64,000 nucleotides of DNA from a virus. The stretch lies in the UHGV virus genome UHGV-0214148; one strand, written 5' to 3'. A program made the translations under genes and the position numbers. The notes beneath the pieces were generated by a model, which saw only the letters and a list, made by a program, of their open reading frames with translations, was not told the DNA's origin and ran no database searches. Positions 17,914 through 27,196 of the stretch are shown piece after piece (within the stretch, counting starts at the first letter, position 1; every line of letters begins with the position of its first letter).

Positions 17914-17947
17914 TTCTCACATAGATGAAATATATCTTAAATTTTTT
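17914..17947 (-). promoter_or_regulatory. promoter-like motif copy 5 (degenerate; contains 14-bp palindrome GTGAGAATTCTCAC)
   Basis: AAGATATATTTCATCTATGTGAGAATTCTCAC upstream of 17614..17883. Confidence 0.4.
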
Positions 17948-17956
17948 AGACAGCCA

Positions 17957-18265
17957 TTAACATAGCGCAATATTAACCGACTTACCAGGCAGCGGGAAAT
18001 GCTGAAGTTCTATCGATAGAAGTTTCCTGTCAATAGTCAGTATTTCATCAACGTTGGGTGTAAGGCGGAACACAGTGCGCGGTAACGTGAAAGGCACGTT
18101 CGTTGAACAGTTTTTTAACAGTAACTGATCCTGAGGATAGTCAATTTCTACCACCCTCCCAATTACCCAACGTTCGTGAACCTCACCACCTAGCGGTGCA
18201 GTTAGTGCCCGTTGCAAGCGCTGTAAATTCGTTTCGTCGGTATTAGTGTGGTTTTGGTTCGACAT
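17957..18265 (-). CDS. hypothetical protein (start revised to ATG 18265)
   Basis: ORF track start 18376 overlaps upstream gene by 134 nt; internal ATG at 18265 has a GGGGA RBS. Confidence 0.5.
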   Translation of the reverse strand: MSNQNHTNTDETNLQRLQRALTAPLGGEVHERWVIGRVVEIDYPQDQLLLKNCSTNVPFTLPRTVFRLTPNVDEILTIDRKLLSIELQHFPLPGKSVNIALC

Positions 18266-18560
18266 AGATTTCCCCAAACACGTATGCGGTTCCGGCTTCA
18301 TTTGTCGGTTTAGCAACGCACCACTTCCATTCTTTAGTTTCAGGGTTTTGCCAGGACAACAAAAGAGAACCCTCACAGATTTCAGAGGTATCGACCTCAG
18401 GGTGGAACAGCATGAATTCGTTTTCGTTGTCGTCCACTACGACGAATTGACCTTCTTCTACCCTTTCGAACTTAGCAACACCTACTACAGTTGCTGGCTC
18501 GCCAACAGTAAATACCATTTCTTGTTTTGGTAAATCACGGTGAATCGCACTTAACCACAT
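18243..18560 (-). CDS. hypothetical protein (105 aa)
   Basis: ORF track. Confidence 0.65.
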   Translation of the reverse strand: MWLSAIHRDLPKQEMVFTVGEPATVVGVAKFERVEEGQFVVVDDNENEFMLFHPEVDTSEICEGSLLLSWQNPETKEWKWCVAKPTNEAGTAYVFGEIYVEPKPH

Positions 18561-18611
18561 TTAGCTGTTCCTCAATTAATTTTGTTTACGTGTGCATAAT
18601 TAGACACGAAA

Positions 18612-18652
18612 CCGTAAAAATAAATACTCCCTCTCTCCAAACGGAGAGAGGG
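18612..18652 (-). terminator. intrinsic terminator (CCCTCTCTCC-AAAC-GGAGAGAGGG)
   Basis: Same stem sequence as 17565..17606. Confidence 0.7.
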
Positions 18653-18657
18653 TAAGT

Positions 18658-19164
18658 TTACAGTACGTTTTCTTCGCGATCGTCTACTAAAATCGAAGTA
18701 ATCACATAACGCGCTAAGCGACTGCGTGCTTCTTCCGTTTCTTCTTCAGAAGGTAACTGTTCGCCCGCAGGTGCACACAACGTTAGCCCAGATTCACGAA
18801 GCTGCTCGGTATAGTCTTCCACAGCGCTGTCGAACGTACCACGAATACCTGCTACCGCATCCATAATTTCGTCGTTCGGAATAATGGATTCTTTTAGCAC
18901 GGCGTGAGCATCCGTAGGCTCCACCATTTGCAGGTTCTGTTCTACCAGCAACGCCTGTTTCGCTAAGCTGTCGGTGATAAAGCAAGATAGAATCTTTTCG
19001 AAATCGTCTAACGAGAATTCGGAGTCTTCAGATGCCCCGGTAATCAATTGCCCGTAGCGATTAAAGAATTCTTTACAACGCGTTTCGTAGTCAGCTTCTA
19101 AGTCGCGAACACCGAGATCAAAATCGTGCTGCTCAAGCTGATTAAAATCCAGAGTCTCTTTCAT
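18658..19164 (-). CDS. hypothetical highly acidic protein (168 aa)
   Basis: Strong excess of D/E over K/R; isolated between two terminators. Confidence 0.75.
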   Translation of the reverse strand: MKETLDFNQLEQHDFDLGVRDLEADYETRCKEFFNRYGQLITGASEDSEFSLDDFEKILSCFITDSLAKQALLVEQNLQMVEPTDAHAVLKESIIPNDEIMDAVAGIRGTFDSAVEDYTEQLRESGLTLCAPAGEQLPSEEETEEARSRLARYVITSILVDDREENVL

Positions 19165-19202
19165 CTCTAAGTCTCCAGTTAAGAGGTCATATTACCTGCT
19201 GG

Positions 19203-19430
19203 TTAGAGTGCCAACGTTAACCCGGTATGGGTTTCTACTGAACCAACACCGTCACGCGCTTTTGCTTTGGCGATGAGTTTGTCAATTACACGTTGATGAC
19301 TGCGAGTAATATCTTTACCTGGATAACCGATAATCAGCACGTTCTCAGCATTAATAACCGCCGAGAACTCGTTATCACCTGCAACATAAGCAATCTTTTT
19401 GTCTTTGGTTACAATACGTTTGATTTCCAT
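19203..19430 (-). CDS. hypothetical protein (75 aa)
   Basis: ORF track. Confidence 0.6.
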   Translation of the reverse strand: MEIKRIVTKDKKIAYVAGDNEFSAVINAENVLIIGYPGKDITRSHQRVIDKLIAKAKARDGVGSVETHTGLTLAL

Positions 19431-19439
19431 TCAATGTCC

Positions 19440-20213
19440 TTAAAAGATAAAATGACCAGTTAATGCTTCTGCTTCAACACCAGGCATCGATGGAGGTGCT
19501 GAATATGGAAAAGTAAGACGCACGGTTGCGCCCTTTAAATACGCAATACGGTAGTACGTGGTCAAGAGCGCATTCCCGTAAGTACAATCGTTATAGAAGA
19601 AACCTTCGGTGGCAAACGTCTTTTCGTTGATTTTCGAATAGACTAAGATACCTTCAACTTTACCATCTTTACGGCAGCACAAACCTTCTGCTGCACCAAT
19701 CGCTAACAATTCCAGGCAGCGCGTATCCAAATTGACATTAACCACCTTAGTGATCGTAATCGTTTCTTCTAACGTTAGAGATTCAATATCATCTACATCA
19801 GGCAAATCGGTGCGAACTTCAGGTTTTTCAGTAAACGTCAGCTCATAATCGATGAACGACGGCTGCATACGCAAGAACGCCATTAACTGATCGCGACGTT
19901 TTAGGTCATTGGCAGGGTATGTGACATCAAACACCTCTACATTTAACAAACGTTTGAGTTGTGCGAAATTAATTTTCTTCTTCGCAAACACAACGATTGC
20001 CGACATGTAGAAAATCTTACCATCGGCGCGACCGGAGAAGACACATTGCAGCTGATTCGTGTTCGAAAGAATGATAAAGGTCGGATCTTCAGATTCGCGA
20101 ATGATGTCTTTTTCTATCAACCCTTTTCGTAGACGGGTTAGCGAAACTATTCTACCGCCCACACCAATTGCTAAATGGTCATTACGATAATCGTCAATAT
20201 CCACTATACGCAT
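19440..20213 (-). CDS. hypothetical protein (257 aa)
   Basis: ORF track; start/stop overlap with Dam gene. Confidence 0.75.
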   Translation of the reverse strand: MRIVDIDDYRNDHLAIGVGGRIVSLTRLRKGLIEKDIIRESEDPTFIILSNTNQLQCVFSGRADGKIFYMSAIVVFAKKKINFAQLKRLLNVEVFDVTYPANDLKRRDQLMAFLRMQPSFIDYELTFTEKPEVRTDLPDVDDIESLTLEETITITKVVNVNLDTRCLELLAIGAAEGLCCRKDGKVEGILVYSKINEKTFATEGFFYNDCTYGNALLTTYYRIAYLKGATVRLTFPYSAPPSMPGVEAEALTGHFIF

Positions 20214-21028
20214 TAGAGCACTCCCAGTAATTCAGTCACTGTTTTCCGAGCGGCACCAGACGCACCCATATAGCGACCGACCTCAATACTGCGCCACTCA
20301 AAACCGTAATAAATTTCTCGGGTGAGTAGGGTGTCTGCATTTGACAGCACGACGCTGTTGCCACGTCCCACCTGCTGCTGTAGTAACTTGGCTAATTCAC
20401 GATGATCCGTTTGTGAGAATTCTTTACGGTGGTATTGCGCGTGTTTCGCGGTATCCGATAACGGAATATAAGGAGGATCAGCATAAATCACGGCATCTTC
20501 AGGTGTCCGTGCTAATACAGAACGAAAGTCCTCACAAACAATTTCTAGATACTCAACTTCTGCGCAACGTTTAGCCCAATCCCGAATTTCTTCTAATGGA
20601 TAATAAACGCCATTCGGGTAACGTCCAAACGGAACATTGAACCCACCACTACTGTTATAGCGACACATCCCGTTATAACCGTGACGCATTAAGTATAAAA
20701 ACATTGCAGCACGTTCAACTTCGGTCATCGTTTTACCGCTATTAAACAGTTCACGACGTTCCATATACTTTACAGTGGTATTGCCGTCTAAGAACAACGG
20801 TTGCGATGCAGCGATCAGTTCTTCAGGCTGTTCACGCGCAACACAAAGTAAGCGTATCAAATCGGGGTTAGAATCCGATAGAATATACCGGCTGTAATTC
20901 GTATTTAGGAAAACAGACCCTGCGCCCACAAACGGTTCTACAAAGGTTGAACGTTTAGGTAAGACCTTTTGTAATTCACCCAAAACGCGTGTTTTCCCAC
21001 CCATCCATTTAATTATCGGTTTCCGCAT
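20213..21028 (-). CDS. dam: DNA adenine methyltransferase (Dam family, N6-A MTase)
   Basis: KWMGGK N-terminus, FVGAGSV SAM-binding motif, DPPY catalytic motif; collinear similarity to E. coli Dam. Confidence 0.88.
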   Translation of the reverse strand: MRKPIIKWMGGKTRVLGELQKVLPKRSTFVEPFVGAGSVFLNTNYSRYILSDSNPDLIRLLCVAREQPEELIAASQPLFLDGNTTVKYMERRELFNSGKTMTEVERAAMFLYLMRHGYNGMCRYNSSGGFNVPFGRYPNGVYYPLEEIRDWAKRCAEVEYLEIVCEDFRSVLARTPEDAVIYADPPYIPLSDTAKHAQYHRKEFSQTDHRELAKLLQQQVGRGNSVVLSNADTLLTREIYYGFEWRSIEVGRYMGASGAARKTVTELLGVL

Positions 21029-22007
21029 TATATCCGCCTTGTAACGATGACACTTCGTCGACTAACACCAATTTGACATGATTTTTCTGACGCTCCCAAC
21101 TGACGACGTTTTCGTCACGCACTAAAACAAATTCGTATTCGTAGGGGCGAAATTTAAATAATTCGACGGCCAGGTGCCTGAATGCAGGGTTGTTATTGAA
21201 ACACCCTATTTCTAATGGTGCCGCTGTTGTCGATGCAATTTGTAGAGCACGATACAATAAAGTCCGTCCGATACCACGACCCCGATGTGTCTCACTTACC
21301 GCAATGGCTTTTAATTCACACTCGTTAAGATTACGCAATTTAACTTGCACCGCGCCCACAATATCGTTGCCGTCCATCCAAACGTAGGTGTGGTGGTTGA
21401 CGTGGCGTACTAACTCCACCAACGTTTCGACTTGTGGCATGATTTGACGTGAGCGACTCACAGGGTCAGCGTTGATGTTTTCAACGACACTCGTACCCAA
21501 AAGCAACATAAGCTGTTCACGTTGTGCGGCAGTTAACTCTTTATAAAAATCGCCGGAAATGTTCTTCACGTTTGTTGGTAGAGCGATATCCAACAACGAG
21601 CGTGTACCTAAGCGATACGTAGTGTGGGTGTGTCTAAATCCTAAGTCATTAAGCTCAGCGATTTCTTCTACACCACTGGCGATTCGATTAAGGTACGTAA
21701 AACCGGTATAGTCGAGTACCAGTAGCAGGTTCAGTTTGTTCAAACAACCCGGTACAATTTCATGCATATACAAGCAGTGTAACGTTGGGTCGCCGTAAAT
21801 GTGTTTTGTGATGATAAACCCTTGGATTGTTTTTCCTTTTTGTAAAGAGAACGTATTCAGTTCACTATTGCACAACGCCTCACGAATCACAGCACCGTTA
21901 GGGCCCGATAAACATGCCTGAAGTTGAGGGTTGCGAATATCTCTACGTGCTAACCGACCTACTGTTAAATCCGTGGCGGTATGTTTTATAATCTTCATAA
22001 AAGCCAT
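21009..22007 (-). CDS. two-domain protein with C-terminal GNAT acetyltransferase fold
   Basis: C-terminal motif IAVSETHRGRGIGRTLLYRAL is a canonical acetyl-CoA binding motif A; 20-nt overlap with dam start. Confidence 0.7.
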   Translation of the reverse strand: MAFMKIIKHTATDLTVGRLARRDIRNPQLQACLSGPNGAVIREALCNSELNTFSLQKGKTIQGFIITKHIYGDPTLHCLYMHEIVPGCLNKLNLLLVLDYTGFTYLNRIASGVEEIAELNDLGFRHTHTTYRLGTRSLLDIALPTNVKNISGDFYKELTAAQREQLMLLLGTSVVENINADPVSRSRQIMPQVETLVELVRHVNHHTYVWMDGNDIVGAVQVKLRNLNECELKAIAVSETHRGRGIGRTLLYRALQIASTTAAPLEIGCFNNNPAFRHLAVELFKFRPYEYEFVLVRDENVVSWERQKNHVKLVLVDEVSSLQGGYNAETDN

Positions 22008-22049
22008 GTTAATTACTCCTTAAAAGGTCGTCTCAAAACAATACGCTAA

Positions 22050-22089
22050 AGTTGTAAAAACAAAAAAGAAAGGGGAACCGAAGTTCCCC
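22050..22089 (-). terminator. intrinsic terminator (GGGGAAC-CGAA-GTTCCCC)
   Basis: Hairpin + T-run on minus strand. Confidence 0.65.
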
Positions 22090-22101
22090 AATTATTAAAC
22101 A

Positions 22102-22773
22102 TCATGCAGAAGGGGCAGAGTTTGTAAAAGCAAGATTGGGTGTCAAGCCAGCTTTCCCTAATTTTTCATACAGGTAATTGAAAAATCTGAGATGGGCGTC
22201 GTAGTGGCCAGCCGCTACTCGCTGGCCGTAAACTTCTACCAAGTCAGGCGAAAACTTAATATGGCAGTTTTGTCTAGAGAACAAAGGTTGTTGCACCCCA
22301 CCCTTAATTAAGATGCGATACTTTTTACCGTCGTCTGTTACGGCGTGAAGAATATTTGTACTGAAATGGAAATAGATAGAAGGGTTAAAACACAACCAGG
22401 TGGCGGCATTGATTAGTAAGTCAGCTAACTTAACAGCGATTTTGTCAAGTTCAGGCCCTTCAAACTTATGCATTAACCGCAGAAGAATTTCAGTAATAAC
22501 CGTGCCTGTAAGTAATTTGTCTCTATTAAGACCAGGTGCAACCGCCAAAACATCACCATTATAAGTGCAGACAAGTGTGAATAAGTTGAAAGGCTGGTCT
22601 TGATAAAGTTCGAAAACCAGGTCAGTATACGGGCTAAAAGTTAAGAATTTCACCCCGAGTATTTCATTAACGCAGGGTAAAAGCTCAACTTTCACAGGCG
22701 GTTGAGCTTCGTTAACTTTAGTCTCGTTCTTTACAGCTTCTTCAATTACGGTTTTACCAATTTTCGGTGGCAT
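22102..22773 (-). CDS. hypothetical protein (223 aa)
   Basis: ORF track. Confidence 0.7.
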   Translation of the reverse strand: MPPKIGKTVIEEAVKNETKVNEAQPPVKVELLPCVNEILGVKFLTFSPYTDLVFELYQDQPFNLFTLVCTYNGDVLAVAPGLNRDKLLTGTVITEILLRLMHKFEGPELDKIAVKLADLLINAATWLCFNPSIYFHFSTNILHAVTDDGKKYRILIKGGVQQPLFSRQNCHIKFSPDLVEVYGQRVAAGHYDAHLRFFNYLYEKLGKAGLTPNLAFTNSAPSA

Positions 22774-22794
22774 GATAATACTCCTTCAGGTTGA

Positions 22795-23154
22795 TTAGTG
22801 TGTTGCGGCGTTAGTGATAAAACGCACATTCTTCGTGGTGCGTTTAATGGACGTGTTTGCAACGTAGTCCAACGCGGACTCTACGTGAACGGTTACTGAG
22901 CAACGACCCTTAACGGAATTAAAACTAATCTGGTATTTCAGACGAATCGCATCAGCAACTTTCATCATAATCGGCAAACTTAAACGTTCTGAGTGATCGT
23001 TCTTAATAGACGAGATAACGGGTTGTGAAACTTTCGCAAGCTGGGCAAGTTCACGCTGAGTAATGTCTTTTGTGGTCAAATGACGAATTACGTAAGACAA
23101 GTGAAGACCGAATTTACGCTTTGCCAGAATGATGGAATTGTGATTGTAAGCCAT
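22795..23154 (-). CDS. putative HTH DNA-binding regulator (119 aa)
   Basis: Segment ITQRELAQLAKVSQPVISSIKN resembles an XRE-type helix-turn-helix; follows a promoter-like motif copy. Confidence 0.5.
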   Translation of the reverse strand: MAYNHNSIILAKRKFGLHLSYVIRHLTTKDITQRELAQLAKVSQPVISSIKNDHSERLSLPIMMKVADAIRLKYQISFNSVKGRCSVTVHVESALDYVANTSIKRTTKNVRFITNAATH

Positions 23155-23203
23155 TGTAAATACTCCTTTAGGTTAACAAGTCGGTGTAAAGAGTTAATCA
23201 TAA

Positions 23204-23238
23204 CTCTCACCTAGGTAATATATATCTGAGAAAAAATA
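23204..23238 (-). promoter_or_regulatory. conserved promoter-like motif copy 2
   Basis: Near-identical to copy 1; upstream of HTH gene. Confidence 0.5.
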
Positions 23239-23268
23239 AAATATAGGTACCACCGTTGGGTGGTACCT
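23231..23268 (-). terminator. intrinsic terminator after tmk
   Basis: AGGTACCACC-GTTG-GGTGGTACCT + T-run. Confidence 0.65.
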
Positions 23269-23274
23269 AAGCGG

Positions 23275-23898
23275 TTAGTTTGCTAAAATGTGCGTAACAA
23301 TCTCAGCGGCTTTCAAACGGTAATCGTCATTCTGCGTTACTGGTAATAATGCGTGAAGACAACCACCTTCTGTTAAGATGTGATGCGCGAAACGATAATG
23401 GTCGCGTAAGCCATCCCAAGATTGGTTGTCCTTTAGGTACTTAACCGTAAGTACCTCATCGTCCCAATTCTTACCTTGTTCTTCTACACGTTTCTTAAAT
23501 CGCGCTAACGCTGTTGGGTAATCAACATCTGTCCAAATATAAAGGTCTGGCGTGTGGAAATGACGAGTTAGCTTACGTTGGAAAACTACGTCCTTGCCAT
23601 CTGTCCCCTGATAAACAATCGTTGAAGGGCAAAAACGATCGAAAATAACGACATCGTACTCGTCAACAACATGGTCTAACGTGTGAAGGAAGTCATCACA
23701 CATTGCTTCAGCAATTTTTGTTTTCGAAGCAGACTGTACAACCAAGCTACGTGCACGAATACCCGCCTCGGTTTCAGACGTCGGATGGTTCCGAATACAC
23801 ACTTTTAATCCTGCGGACTCCAACATCGCTTTTACCATTTTACACAATGTTGATTTCCCAGAAAAATCAGGACCATCAATAGACACTGTCTTAAGCAT
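23275..23898 (-). CDS. tmk: thymidylate (dTMP) kinase
   Basis: P-loop GPDFSGKST; DRF..ST.VYQG block equivalent to Tmk DRH..S..AYQG. Confidence 0.75.
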   Translation of the reverse strand: MLKTVSIDGPDFSGKSTLCKMVKAMLESAGLKVCIRNHPTSETEAGIRARSLVVQSASKTKIAEAMCDDFLHTLDHVVDEYDVVIFDRFCPSTIVYQGTDGKDVVFQRKLTRHFHTPDLYIWTDVDYPTALARFKKRVEEQGKNWDDEVLTVKYLKDNQSWDGLRDHYRFAHHILTEGGCLHALLPVTQNDDYRLKAAEIVTHILAN

Positions 23899-23932
23899 TA
23901 TTGTTTTACCTTTTTACGCACGTTAAGTGAAA

Positions 23933-23960
23933 CCTCTCACAATGAGAGTAACAGTTGTAA
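23933..23960 (-). promoter_or_regulatory. promoter-like motif copy 6 (weak; shares GTGAGAG core)
   Basis: Upstream of tmk at similar spacing. Confidence 0.3.
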
Positions 23961-23964
23961 TAAT

Positions 23965-24006
23965 TTACAATAAAAAAAGAAACCCGCCCCTACCGTTAAG
24001 TAGGGG
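23965..24006 (-). terminator. intrinsic terminator
   Basis: CCCCTAC-loop-GTAGGGG + T-run. Confidence 0.65.
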
Positions 24007-24013
24007 TAAGGTT

Positions 24014-24619
24014 TTATTGGTGATCAACAATCGGATCACTCCACACTTCTGACGTTTGTGGTGCGGTGAGGTTAGCAGCCTGTGCAGATGTTACGCACAG
24101 CAAGACTAACCCTTGTTTAGCAAGATAATGTTGCATTCTTGCAGCCTGCACAGCGGTGTCCACAATAACGAGCTCAGCGCCACGTAGAAGCGTTAGAGCC
24201 GCTTGACCCTCTTGCGGTGTGGTTAAGGCATCACTGTCGTCCAGAATGCGTTTAAGGCGGTTATACGCCAGCCCAGTTACATTACTTCGACCTGCACGAA
24301 GATCGACAACCATATCGTTGTATTCCCCCACCACTTGTTGCGTCGAATTGGGATAAAATCGAAACGCGGCACGGCGGCGTTTACGACGCACCTCAGAAAT
24401 CGCGCGTTGTAAAACCAGTAAAACGTATTTCGGTGCCGCTTCGCTATTCGGACGACGCATCTTAGCTAAACGTGCAGCTAAATCCAAAATTTTCGTTAAG
24501 GGATAGCGGTGTTTAAACCCGTCACGTTCGATAGTAACGCCACGCTTAGGCAACTTGCCCGTTTTGTTGATATACGATACTGTAATCAATAGTAATGAAT
24601 CGAGAATCATCTCTGACAT
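24014..24619 (-). CDS. hypothetical protein (201 aa)
   Basis: ORF track. Confidence 0.7.
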   Translation of the reverse strand: MSEMILDSLLLITVSYINKTGKLPKRGVTIERDGFKHRYPLTKILDLAARLAKMRRPNSEAAPKYVLLVLQRAISEVRRKRRRAAFRFYPNSTQQVVGEYNDMVVDLRAGRSNVTGLAYNRLKRILDDSDALTTPQEGQAALTLLRGAELVIVDTAVQAARMQHYLAKQGLVLLCVTSAQAANLTAPQTSEVWSDPIVDHQ

Positions 24620-24633
24620 TACAAGGCCCTCTC

Positions 24634-25005
24634 TTAGAACCCCTCAAGAACAGCTTTCACAAATTCATAAACCGTGCGTCGGTGTTCTTCAAGCGGATAA
24701 ACAAACTTAGAATAATCGTTGTTCCAGACAACCGGATAGAGGTCGCCGTCACAACTTAAATAGCTCTTACGAACCATGTAATAATCTAAACCTACACGGA
24801 AGTTTAACGACAGGCTCCCGTGTTTACTACAAACGTGTAGCTGGAGCGATTTCACACCGTCATGGGTCGGCGATTCAATCGTTTCCGCATACAATACATC
24901 CGAACACTGTTCTATAGTGCTAACGACATCTCTGAGGTTGTTGTCCGCATCGATGGTCGCTTTTCGGAGAGCGTCGGTGTATTGCTGAAGTTCTCGATAG
25001 AACAT
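24634..25005 (-). CDS. hypothetical protein (123 aa)
   Basis: ATG with AGGAG RBS; overlaps the 3' end of 24912..25544 by 94 nt in another frame. Confidence 0.6.
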   Translation of the reverse strand: MFYRELQQYTDALRKATIDADNNLRDVVSTIEQCSDVLYAETIESPTHDGVKSLQLHVCSKHGSLSLNFRVGLDYYMVRKSYLSCDGDLYPVVWNNDYSKFVYPLEEHRRTVYEFVKAVLEGF

Positions 25006-25544
25006 CCTGCTAATCTCCTGTCTCTACCGTATGGCAGAGGAAATGCTTTGTGTTCAAATTCTGCAACGACATACGCAGGATAGAACAAAAGGTATTTATA
25101 GAACGTAGCTAACGTAACGTCTTTCGGGGTGGCTAAGAAGTAATTAAGATCGGGGTTGTCTGGAAAAGCAAAATGCAACCCTGTGTATACCTGACCTTTG
25201 TACTCCCCATTAAAGGGCGTCACTGCACATCGTGGACGTGTTGGTTCGACGTGTAACCAACGACTCCCTACGTGATAAACACCACGTACCGCCGCGTTTC
25301 GTGTTTTACCCAAATAACGGCAACGGATATTCTTTTCCCACGCAGCACGTTGGGTGGGTGAACCCAGAGAAACAAACCGCGTTAAAGCTTCAGGTGTAAA
25401 GTAATCAAAAATGCCCGTCGGTAAATACCAGCACGCCTTATCGATTCGTACCACTCTCCAACCAGGACGAAAACCCACAGCGTAACGCTCTACACCAAAA
25501 GTATATCTAGACCCGTCGTGAAACGGTACGAATCTTGCAGCCAT
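24912..25544 (-). CDS. hypothetical protein (210 aa; 3' end overlaps next gene, possible frameshift or true overlap)
   Basis: ORF track. Confidence 0.6.
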   Translation of the reverse strand: MAARFVPFHDGSRYTFGVERYAVGFRPGWRVVRIDKACWYLPTGIFDYFTPEALTRFVSLGSPTQRAAWEKNIRCRYLGKTRNAAVRGVYHVGSRWLHVEPTRPRCAVTPFNGEYKGQVYTGLHFAFPDNPDLNYFLATPKDVTLATFYKYLLFYPAYVVAEFEHKAFPLPYGRDRRLAGCSIENFSNTPTLSEKRPSMRTTTSEMSLAL

Positions 25545-25545
25545 T

Positions 25546-26013
25546 TTAGATTTCCTTTATCATTTCCCTGCATTCAGTACGGAATCCCATTTTCTCATAC
25601 AAGGAGATAGCTTTAACGTTGTTGTCTAACACATCCAAACTCATCCAACCACAACCTTTGGACTTTCCATATTCACGGACTTTGTCCATAAGTGCACGAC
25701 CCACCCCTTGAGAACGCGCTTCGGGAATCACGTAGTAGTTCCCAATATAAACAAATGTGTCCTTCGAGCAAGAACCCATTGAAAAGGTCATAATTCCCAG
25801 AAGTTGTTCGTTGTCATCCACGGCACACGCACAGAGATAATCTTGGGGCCAGATCTCTTCTAAGTGTTCAATTGGGTTGAACGTGTCGCGTCCGGTTAAC
25901 TGACTAATACGCACTTTCTCTTCTGCGAACAACATGTTGTGCAGTTTGAGTACCTGGTCGCCGTATAACTTTCCGTATTTACTGTCGGGTTTGAGAATAA
26001 TAGTGATACGCAT
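25546..26013 (-). CDS. GNAT family N-acetyltransferase
   Basis: Motif A VIPEARSQGVGRALM and C-terminal NNVKAISLYEKMGF. Confidence 0.75.
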   Translation of the reverse strand: MRITIILKPDSKYGKLYGDQVLKLHNMLFAEEKVRISQLTGRDTFNPIEHLEEIWPQDYLCACAVDDNEQLLGIMTFSMGSCSKDTFVYIGNYYVIPEARSQGVGRALMDKVREYGKSKGCGWMSLDVLDNNVKAISLYEKMGFRTECREMIKEI

Positions 26014-27146
26014 TATTTAACCTCAATCAGTGACAACCTGCACCACTCCAGTAACCCTTCCGCAACGCGCACTAACGAGGTAGTAAACGCATCTTCTAAA
26101 CGCAGTGCGTTTTTATAACGTACGGTAGCGTCGCGTAACTCCCGCCCTTCAAGCGACTTAAGTTCCTTACGCATACGCTGAATCTCATCATAAATTCCTG
26201 TATACCCAACACTACGTCGTTTCGCACCACGCTGACGTAACGCTCGGATAATGTTTCTAACGGCGTCGAGTGCTGAACCGATTTCGTGCAAGTTTAGAGA
26301 TTTGATTGTGTGGCCAAAATCACCATCGCGAGCAATCGCCCATTCAATCTTACCGCTGTCGTGTTCAACGACCACCACGTTACCTGGCCACGGATATGCC
26401 TTCACCGTTTTAAACGGATCGATAATACCGAACAGCCCTGCGCTTCGTTTAATCGCCCAGTTCGTTGACCGGCCCACTTTCTCCAAACCGCTCTCGGTAA
26501 CTTTCTTGCTCTTACCGATTAACGTACGTGTTTTAACGGTATACTCGTTGACCATCGCATCCATTGCACTCAGGTTCTTACTGAACTCAATACATGCTTT
26601 TACGTTAGGCTTGTCTTCTAAACAAACTTTGGTTGTCCAACTTCCCGTGTCACAGTCAACCGGTTCTAAAGTGTCCTTGATACCGAGTAAACTTAAACGT
26701 GCTTCTAACTTCTGTAGCTTGCGCTCTAACGACGATGCTTTGGACGTCGCTTCTTTCAGTTCATTAATAACTTCTTTACCGGCGGCTTCCGCGAAGTCGA
26801 TGAAACGTAAGGCCAGCTGCTTAGAATGTTTACCTGCGAATTTTCCAGACGCTTTGGCTCCTGCCACTGCTGCTTTTCCAGCAACGCGTCCAACTCCCTT
26901 AACCGCTCTGCCGGTCGCACGCGCGACCGCTTTACCTACCCCTGCGTAAGGCTCGGTGTCCGCAACAAATTGCGCGCGTTCCATCATCGCTGCGGACTCC
27001 AACGCAACGTGGACATCATCTAAAGCCCACCGTTTTCGGATAGCGACAACCGCTGGATAATTGTCTTTAACATTAAGCGATTCTAACGCGACCAATCGAT
27101 CGTAGTCATCGCAAAGGACTTCTAAATCGGAATCTAATGTTGACAT
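26013..27146 (-). CDS. hypothetical protein (377 aa) with Ala/Gly/Lys-rich segment
   Basis: ORF track. Confidence 0.75.
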   Translation of the reverse strand: MSTLDSDLEVLCDDYDRLVALESLNVKDNYPAVVAIRKRWALDDVHVALESAAMMERAQFVADTEPYAGVGKAVARATGRAVKGVGRVAGKAAVAGAKASGKFAGKHSKQLALRFIDFAEAAGKEVINELKEATSKASSLERKLQKLEARLSLLGIKDTLEPVDCDTGSWTTKVCLEDKPNVKACIEFSKNLSAMDAMVNEYTVKTRTLIGKSKKVTESGLEKVGRSTNWAIKRSAGLFGIIDPFKTVKAYPWPGNVVVVEHDSGKIEWAIARDGDFGHTIKSLNLHEIGSALDAVRNIIRALRQRGAKRRSVGYTGIYDEIQRMRKELKSLEGRELRDATVRYKNALRLEDAFTTSLVRVAEGLLEWCRLSLIEVK

Positions 27147-27196
27147 CCTTTACCCCATTTTAAGCTAAAGCGGGGAGAAGCCCGCCCTGACTAACT

